Shown: piece after piece, positions 52,501 through 61,500 of the stretch
How the letters are laid out: every line of letters starts with the position of its first letter
Position numbering within the stretch: position 1 is the stretch's first letter
Assembly: GCA_965655095.1 (NCBI GenBank)
Contig: OZ296650.1
Coordinates: 91,264,001 to 91,328,000, forward strand
DNA length: 64,000 nucleotides
Reading direction: 5' to 3'
Source of the DNA: Haplodiscus bocki
Taxonomy: Eukaryota
Notes under the pieces: generated by a model
The model's input: the letters and a program-made list of their open reading frames with translations, nothing else
Database searches by the model: none
Told to the model about the DNA's origin: nothing
Program-made: the position numbers and the translations under genes

Positions 52501-55500
52501 CCTACCTAGTGGTCCTGTAGACGGGCAGTGATTAACTTTTCTAACGAAATTTTTTGACTTGGATTTTTTCTGGGGTTGTTCGCGAGATTTGTTTTGCTCA
52601 ATTACAACTGCTCGGATTGGGTCCATCTGGTGATGATTCAAGTAGTCGCTGCAGAAGTTTTTGGGCAAGTTACCGGGTAGGTTTGTTTGTAATCATCTCC
52701 GATTATACTCTGAATTTGGTTTTTGAGAAATTAAGATAATACAACTCAACGTGGCTTGTTAAGTGTTTTTCCTATTATCTGATGGTCGGGCTGCGTCCAT
52801 CCGGTAGTAATTCAAATGACTGTTACTAGGATTTCCTGGGTTGTTTCATTTCCAATTTTTATTGCGAGTTTTTGCAACTTTTTCTTCCGAAATTGAAGCG
52901 TTTTTAACTTGCCCGATGTTCCTGTTAACGACCACTAGTAAATATTCTTCGGACTTCAATTATCCACTTTTCATTTGGAAGATATGCACAATCAAGAATC
53001 TGCAGAGAAGGAAAGGTGTCCGGTTTCTTACTTTAGCGAAATCTCTCGACTCATGGTTCATGCCCAGTTTTGGGATTCTTTTAAATCCAAAATTTTTGCG
53101 TCTCCAAAGTTGTTTTTCTCAAAAACTACTGGTCAGGGTTTGTTCCTCCAATTCTCATTCATGATCCTACACCATAGGAAGTGCCTGGAGAAACCGGGAT
53201 ATTCCGTCTCGTTTCCCTGCATGAGTTTTTTTGGCCTGTTGTCTGATTTTTGAAAAATTAATACTCCGCGTGTTTCTCGGAGGAAATTGGTGGTTGGATT
53301 GCGGCCATCTTGTGCTCATTCCAAATCCAGCAAAGTACGAAACCGGCGGAGTAGCTGGAAAGTAGCTCTTTTTTTGCAGATCTATGTTTTATTTCTTCTT
53401 CACTGGATTCTGTTTTTCACGACAATCAATAAAACCATTTTCGTCTGTTGGCTTTTAGTCTCTGCTCTTGCTGACTGTAGTCGCAAGTGCCGCTTCGACG
53501 ACCCTGTGTAGAGTATGAAGTGCCTCTTTTGTAGCAGTATTGTTTCGTAAAACTCGCGGTGAAATAATCAGGAGAGGTTTTTCTGGCCATTTTTTGCCTG
53601 CTGTCGCAGAGGCAATTGATTGTTCGAACCATAGCGTAAACTAGTAAGCTCATGTTTTGCATTTTTGTTTCTTGATACATGTTGATTCCTGGTTAGTGCT
53701 AGCACGGATATAAATAATTGAAGGTGGTAAGTCGAAAAAAGGTTGAGATCCTGTTCCTTGTCTTAGAATCAAAAATGACAATTTTGCAATTCTTTCAATG
53801 AACCTTTTTTTCGGTAGTTTTTTTGGAAGCTGATGAGTATTGATGCTTTGAAACCGATAATTCTATTGCAAGTCACGAGTGATGAAAGCTGCGGTCGTCT
53901 TGCGCCCATGTTGCATGTATGGAAGGAAAATCATTTATTGAACATGTTTTTTTAATGCATGAATTTGCCAATTGCAAGCTCAAATTTTTTAATTCGCCAA
54001 ATTGTTGTAGAATGTGTTTATTACAGTTGCTTTTCTCAAAAAATCAATTTGCTTACCAAAATTTAGTTTTTTTTGAAAAAAGTTCTGTATAAATCATACT
54101 TTTAAATTTTGTAGTTTATGATATCAATGGGAAAAGTGGCAATTTTTCAAAAAAAATAGATTTCAAAAAGAGAAAAATTAATGTTAACGCATTCATCGTA
54201 AATTTGGGTGACGGAAATTATAACGGAGGTATTTGAGCGTAATCAAAAGCACCAGCTTCAGTATTCGCAACCTTCTCTTTGCTTTTGATACCAAAAATTA
54301 TGAATCATTGAGTTGAGTTTTTTTTCTGTTTTCAGCAATTTGCTGAAAAAGCAATTGCATTTATATAAGATTGATTGAGTGAAAGAAATTTCGAACTTCT
54401 GGTTTGATTGGTGAGGAAAAATTGTCTGAAACCTAGTTTCATGCTTTGTAAGGCAGTGGGTTGGGTATTCTGGTCACCAGGAAAATGCAGAAATTTTCAG
54501 AGGAATTCCGAAATAACGGATATCATTGTCAATTTTTTTCAGGCATTTCACTTTCGACCTGGAACAAACTATATACATGTTCACAGCTGGTAGATACGAA
54601 TTCAGCAACAAGGGCGCCGACATGTTCCTTGAAGGACTAGCCCGATTAAATTACATGCTGAAAGTAGGTTACGCATCACCTCGTACTGGCACCATTTCGG
54701 CTTGAAACACCCACCTGAATTTGCAAAGAAAATTTTGACTCGTTGTTGGTTACAATAATTTTGGCATCAATTTTCGATCTCGGTCACATTTTATTCGTTC
54801 TTGGACTCAAAGGTGGGATTTTTTAGTAGCATAATTTAGTGCGCTACTTTGCAAAAATTGAAAAATGCACAGATTTTAGAACTAAGAATCAAACATGTTT
54901 TTAATTTCGAATTTTCAGAAGAAACCAATGTGTTGGTTTTAGTCATCCGGCAGCACCACAACAGTCGTTGCTCTCCTCATATTCCCTGCCCGTACAAACA
55001 ATTTTAACGTGGACTCGCTCAAAGGACAGGCTGTTGTAAAGCAACTCAAGTTAGTCACTTTTCGTACATTTTCATAGCTGACTCTTAAACTTCGTACTTT
55101 TTCAAACAACCTAACTTATACATTACTCATTTTAAGCTTTTTATTTTCATGAAGAAATACTGTCTTCAACTAACATTGATTGTCTCCCAAGTTCCCGCTA
55201 GTTTTAGAACTCGAGATTCTCAGTGCTTCTTTCTTGATCCTTTGGGCAATAGGAGTTCGACTTTTAAATCAGTTTGTAAGCAATCCAATTTTTTTCAGAG
55301 AAACAGTTGCGAGCATCCAGAACAAAATCGGAGACAGACTTTTTGAAAGCTGTTTGAGACAAAAGGTGCCGGAAAGTTCAGAACTATTGCAGCAGAATGA
55401 TTTAGTACAGTTGAAGAGATGTATTTACTCGTTGCAAGTTGGTAACTAAGCATATTTTTGCTCATCAGGTGGTTATTCGTCTTTGGTAAATCTCATTTTT

Positions 55501-58500
55501 TAAGAGACCTAATCTTCCACCGATTTGCACGCACAACATGGTTGATGATCACAAGGATCAAATTCTGGCAACTCTTAGGAAAGTGCACCTGTTCAACGAT
55601 GACTCTGATAGGGTTAAGGTTAGTGAATTCAATGCTCCTTTTATTCGTTCTAAAGCTCTAGTCCTTCGAAAGCGTATCTTTTGCTTTTTACGGCGTTATT
55701 GGAAACGGCTAATATCGATTTTTTTTTCATCCAGCTCAAAACTTGCATTTTCGACATCATCAGGTAGACGTCTTGTGTAAACGATCGAAAACAATTTTTT
55801 TGAGACAATATGGATGGCACTTGAACACTAGCAATAACAAATGAAGAACAGCGTCCTAAAAGTTCATGTTCAATGTTGGTGTTTTGAATTTGAGAGTGAA
55901 CGAGTAATTGTTCGTGTTCTTTTTCACGTTGTTTACTATGCAAAGTATGGGCTTTAAAATTGTGTAACCTAAAAAGATGATTGACAGATCACATTTTCGC
56001 GGATGAGACACTGTACTGTGGAAGATATCTCCGAACATGGTTTCAAATGTCTCTCAGAACCTTTGATATGGACTCTCTAACTTTGATGCCAACTGTTAAT
56101 TCAGAGTGTGTTCCGCTTCGCCTCTGTGTGAACATTTCTGAATGTCAAAGGGGAGTTCTTTTAGCGTTCACGATAACGTCTCAGAGAATTGTTTTTTGGC
56201 GGAAGTGCAATGAAACAAAAGCATCGCAATCTGCACATGTACCGTGGAAGCATGTTGGTTTTTAGTCGGTGCTTTTTTAACCGCGCAAAATTACAAATTA
56301 TTTGGGTGAAAATCTTTTTAGGGTACCCGTTTTATTTAAGATTACTGTCCAGGAACGGGAAACACCGTTTTTACGTGCAAAAAAATGGACCTTCGGCCCA
56401 ATTTTTTTTTCATGATACCCCTTACCTATACCAAAAAATCTGCAAAGACATATCCCATAGATGTTTGAATGCATTACTTAGTCGGGCAGTATAAAACATA
56501 CTAAAGAGCCAATCCATCCAATTTTCCCCCAAATTAGATTTTTCACGAAAAACTTCTTTCCCATAGATATTTTGAGCTTTATGGGCGGTGACGACTTGGG
56601 CCGTTCTCGGATTGTTAGTGTTGGCTTGTATGTTTCTTGAAAAATTGTATTGTAGGCGTCACGTCTCCGCAAATACCCTTGGTTCAACTTGCCGTCGTCA
56701 GGTCGGCTCATGATTATTCAGCTTCAAAGCCGGTCTTATTCTGGAGAAAAAAATTAAATAGTTTCAAAGTGTACCGAGTTTTATTATACTGCCGCAAATT
56801 AGAGATGACAAATTGCAAGTGCAGGTTCCACGAATTCATAGCAGAGTTTTTTGAGGGAAACTTATAAAGGTACCTGAAAGATATTAATGGCGCCAGCATT
56901 TTTGAAATCATTTATGCAATTTTGTCGGTATCGCCTGTTTGATGCGAGTGTTAAGTGGGGCTGTTTTCTGGGAATGGTCTTATTTTTTTGCGGACAAGCA
57001 AGATATATTGAAGAACCAAAACTTCGCGTATATCCGAGTAATCAGTCAAATTGCGATGTAATACGTGTTTTTGGCTCCGCCCATTTTCGCCAAGTTACTT
57101 GTTCTCTTCCAGATTCCCATAATATTTAATAACCAGATGATTTAATCTTTGGGAGCTCCTGAGTATGTTTTAAGAAAACTCGTCATTTTTCACGATTTCA
57201 ATGTAACTTTATTTGTGACAAGTTAGAAGTGCGTACTTTTGGCAGTTCAAATGTTCGCGGAGAGGATTTACAGATTTCAAAAAACTTGTACACGTTTGGT
57301 GATTTTAGGTAATCTTCCATCCTGAATTTTTGTCTTCCACTAGTCCTCTGCTCAGCATGGATTACGACCAATTCGTCAGAGGGTGTCACTTAGGAGTGTT
57401 TCCTTCATACTATGAGCCGTGGGGTTACACTCCCGCAGAATGTACTGTTATGGGGATTCCTTCGATCACGACCAATTTGTCAGGTTTTGGCTCTTTCATA
57501 GAGAAGCATGTGACAGATTCGTCATCTTACGGCATCTACATTGTTGATCGCATGTTCAAACATCCTGAAGAATCACAAACTCAATTGGCACAGGTCGGTA
57601 GCCTTTTGCTTTCTTTCTCTTGGCACAGATGTTGGGCCAAATGAACAATGAAGCGAATTGCGGACCGATTAACACAAGTTTCATTTTTGACGTCGTACAG
57701 AGTCTAGTGTAAACGGTCAAAATGACCATTTCCGAGACATTTGGCAGGTACTGGTTTATTCTAGTTCTATAATAAACTGAAATTTTATTCGTTGGTCCCA
57801 AGAAAATGAACATCCCAAAAGGTCCAGGCTGATTTTTCAATTCCTTATCAGACAATGTGGCAGAGGTACTTGCTCATTCTCGTTGCAAAATGTGAAGATT
57901 TTTTAAACATTGGGCTGTAATATGCGTAGTCTAAAAAGAAATGATTGACGGATCAAATGCATCAGCTGGAGACAGTGGAAGGTATTGAATTCGCCTTTTT
58001 CGAGCAAATGCTAGATTAAAAGCTCTGATGAGTCAGGATGTGCTTCCTTGACATCCTTCTTTGTAGGACTTCGGAAAATTTAGTTTTACCTAGTACTTAT
58101 AGTGTAACTCGCTTTTTGTTTTTTTTTTTAAACGCTTGTTTGTACGACATTTTGCGACTTCGTATGACATAAGGATTTTCGTGCAAAATTTTTGAAAAGT
58201 TTGGAGTGTGAGTACAGGAGAGATCACATGGAACATAATAATAGCGTGGAGAGCAATCAAATCAACAATATTTTCATTTTTTTGTTCCCAGGTCAATATA
58301 CTTATTAAGTGTGAACCCCGAAATATTTTTCGCGGGAAAATGGATTAAGTGTTAGGGGGACCCCATGGTTATTCCAAAAACTTTTTGAAGTCCTATCCGC
58401 CTTGCAATTAGTTGGCCCTGATAATGCATTTGACTGAAAATCGAGATGCTGTGTTGGATAATTTCTGAAAACCCAAAACTTTTCAAGCTTAATATGCTCT

Positions 58501-61500
58501 AACTTTATGAGTGTCATACAGAAGCGCGCGATTTGGGCCGTTTCCGGCCTGTTTGTCTCGTTCAGGGAATTTCCGTGGCCTATCGGTTTTATTCCGGGCA
58601 AAACAGTATTTTTCGAGAAGCGTTGATTTCGGTTTGTTCTTGTGATTCTTCTGTCTTTGTTTTGTATTTACTTTGTTTTATTATTTTTCGCCGCATGTGT
58701 AATATGCAAGAAAAATTTTTCATTCAGTAAAGTCGTTTTTCTTTTTTTTCCAGTCCAAAATTGCCAACTTTTTTTATTCAAAAATAGATGACAGCAGTGG
58801 GGTTAGGACAACAGGGTTCTGAAGCGACAGGTCCGCGTTCGACTCTTTGTCGTGCCAAATATTTTGTGACATTTATGAGAATTTGCATTCCAATGATTCC
58901 CATGGCACAGCGGGTAGGACAACAGGGTTCTGAAGCGGTAGGTATGGGTTCGAATCCAGCTTTTACCTACATTTTTTAACTCAATTATTAAGACGGAAAA
59001 TCGTGATGCCGCTCCTTTTATGCATGAAAAGTTTCGATACCAGAATTGTTCTGAAACCAGGAAGGGTTCCAGTACGAAATTTTTCAGCACTGAGACCAGA
59101 AAATTTCGACGGAAACTCGTGATGCTCCCTCCCCCTCTATCATCCATATATTTTTTCGCTACCGGAAATATTCTGAAACACAGCACAGAAGGTTTCCTCT
59201 TTGAAATGTTTCGGTACTATGAGACAAAACAATTCCGGCGGAAAATCGTGATACCCCCTTTCTCTCTCTTATCCTTAACATTTTTCGCTACCAGAGATTT
59301 TCTGAATCACAGAAGGGTTCCCCTGCGAAGTTTTTCGGTACTGTGAGACAAAAAAGTTTCCGAAGGAGAATCGTAATACCCCCCTCAGCCCCCTCTTATG
59401 CATGAAATTTTTCGATACCCGAAATTTTCTGAAATACCGAAGAGTTCGCCCGCGAATTTTTTCGGCACTGTGAGACAAAAATTTTTCAACGGAAAATCGT
59501 GATACCCATAATCTTCTGCATAAAAAAATAGAAATCCATGGTGGATTGATGTTTGTAGAAAACCTTTGAAAACTGAATTCAAAACAGTAGTATCGTTTTG
59601 AACCGTTTGCAAAAGTTCATCATCAAAATATTCGTAGATGGGCGAAAAATATGCCGGTGCTAGCCGGCCGTCTTGTTAACTGCACTGAGTTTCGCCAAAA
59701 TTTTCAAGGACTTTTCTTCGTGAGTTCCACCGGAGCTATTTTATTGTATGAACAATTTTTTTTGGAAAAATAGCATTTGGTAATTACTTGTGGAGTTAAT
59801 TTTTTATTAGAGATTGATTGGCTGATTAAATTGAGCCAGTTCTTTCTTATGATAACATTTGCTTTTTGATCACATAGCCTGATAACTGCTTTTTATTTTA
59901 GTTTATGTTTGACTTTTGCCGACTAACACGAAGGCAAAGAATTGTGCTGAGAAATCGAACAGAACGTCTCAGTGAGCTACTTGACTGGAAGTCGTTAGGA
60001 TTGGTTAGATGATCATGCTTTTTACTCAAAATTTTCAAATCGAAGTGCTAATAGTTTTTAACATGATCTTCGATATAAACTTTTGATTACCATATACTCT
60101 GTCACAAATGTCAGATTTACCTTCCTATTCAGGCAGAGTACTATCAAATTACCGCCATGTCATTTTAATGTCATCAGATCTCACCATGCTAGAGAACTTC
60201 TGCCAAGGTTTGAAAACTCCCAGCGAATCAATGCATACTGTGAAAGTGGAATGTTTTAAATCACTTGGCAATTAATACAACGGAAAGCACGTTATTCGTT
60301 TGCTTCTGAAAAATTTTTGCTGTTTTGCTTCATATAGGTCGTTTTTTCAATTTTGAATTTTGCTGATTTTTGTGCAAATTTCATATTGCCTTTTCATTTC
60401 AGTATTATGTGAAAGCACAAGAACTGGCTGCGAAGAGATTCAAACCGGACATGTTTTCTGATCTGAAGTCGCCAATAGAGGTTAGTTTTTGTTTTTTGTG
60501 TGAGTTGTAATGTCTATTCTGAGAGAGTTTGTTACGGTCACACTCGAATCATCAAAATAATTATTCTTCGTGCCTCATTAAGGGAACATTGAGAAGATTT
60601 ATGGAATGTTTGACTTCCATTTTTCAAAAACCTGTGTTAAAATGATAAGTTTCGGCATTGCGTATTTGTTAAGAAGCTCTTTAAAACGACTTTCAGCGTC
60701 AGTCGAACTAGGAACCCCTTCTGTCAAATCAGCACATTGAATTGCCAATCTGCCAGAAGCATTTGTGCCAGTGTTCTGCTGGCTGTAATGATTTTGTGAA
60801 CTACGAAAAAAGCCATCTAGGATTTGTTTCTTTATATAGGATTTGTTGAATTTGAATATCTTTGTTTGAATATATTTGTTTGAAAATTTTTCAGATGCTT
60901 TTGAAGTATTTTGCAAAAATAACTGATGTTAAAGTCGTAGCGGTAATACACTACTAAAAATGGCATTTACATTGTTACGTCGTCTATAATCATTGGGAAT
61001 AAATGTTCATAGAAGAGGTTTGGGTTTAGTTGAGGTGTTGGCAATTCGGCAAACTGAATTTGCAATCCAAATAAGGTCGATGATATTGGCAATGATCCCA
61101 GAAGTCCTTGTAAAAATGTGCTTATTTCCCAAATTCGCTTTTTGTTGTCTCTGAAGCATTTTTGAGATCTCACTTTATACCTCGAACGCATAAAAACAAT
61201 AGACTGTTCTGACGGCAAAGTGGTCTTCGAATGTTTTGTCAAAAAGGCCAGGATTTCTTTACATCTAAATGTGTAAAATAATCGTGAACGAAATGTGATC
61301 GGATAACGAAATTGAGCTCTTCAGGCGGGCGATCGAAAAATTTGGAACGGCGGGCATTTTTTATAATCTGTTGTTGAACTAATCAGCTGCCTGTTGCAGT
61401 ATGAGATTGAAAGAAAAAGGAATGCGTTCAAATTAAGGGTACGGTAAGTTCATGATCTACCTCTGAAGTTCTCTCTTCGTCTTAAAACTACAAAAAAAAT

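Larger units (their letters stand above)
58300..59677 (+). mobile_element. Composite non-autonomous Helitron-like element
   Basis: 3' hairpin GCCGG-tgctag-CCGGC (59653-59668) followed by CTTG|T, internal ~125-bp tandem repeats and two tRNA-like cassettes. Left end not resolved. Confidence 0.5.

Noticed and set aside
17142-53680. Recurrent short ORFs (MYQETK..., MQTNLP..., MLTNAG..., MSVFGS...) as a gene family
   Set aside because: They recur only because of the tandem repeat; stops and frameshifts vary among units with no sign of frame conservation.
15760-53761. Array as rDNA, 5S, histone, snRNA or CRISPR cluster
   Set aside because: No recognisable rRNA, snRNA or histone sequence, no repeat-spacer structure, and a eukaryotic intronic context.
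15760-53761. Array as a concatemer of a Helitron, LTR element or circular virus
   Set aside because: No Rep/helicase, RT, integrase or capsid motifs, LTRs or terminal hairpin. Both flanks continue the unit's sequence, which favours local duplication.
15760-53761. Array as a pure assembly artefact
   Set aside because: Units carry distinct, shared multi-base indels and linked SNP tracts that sequencing error would not produce. The exact copy number still needs read support.
55650-57200. Cluster of 60-100 aa ORFs on both strands
   Set aside because: Intronic, overlapping and motif-free; cannot be assigned.
58788-58965. Functional tRNA-Gln genes
   Set aside because: Acceptor, anticodon and T stems do not pair.
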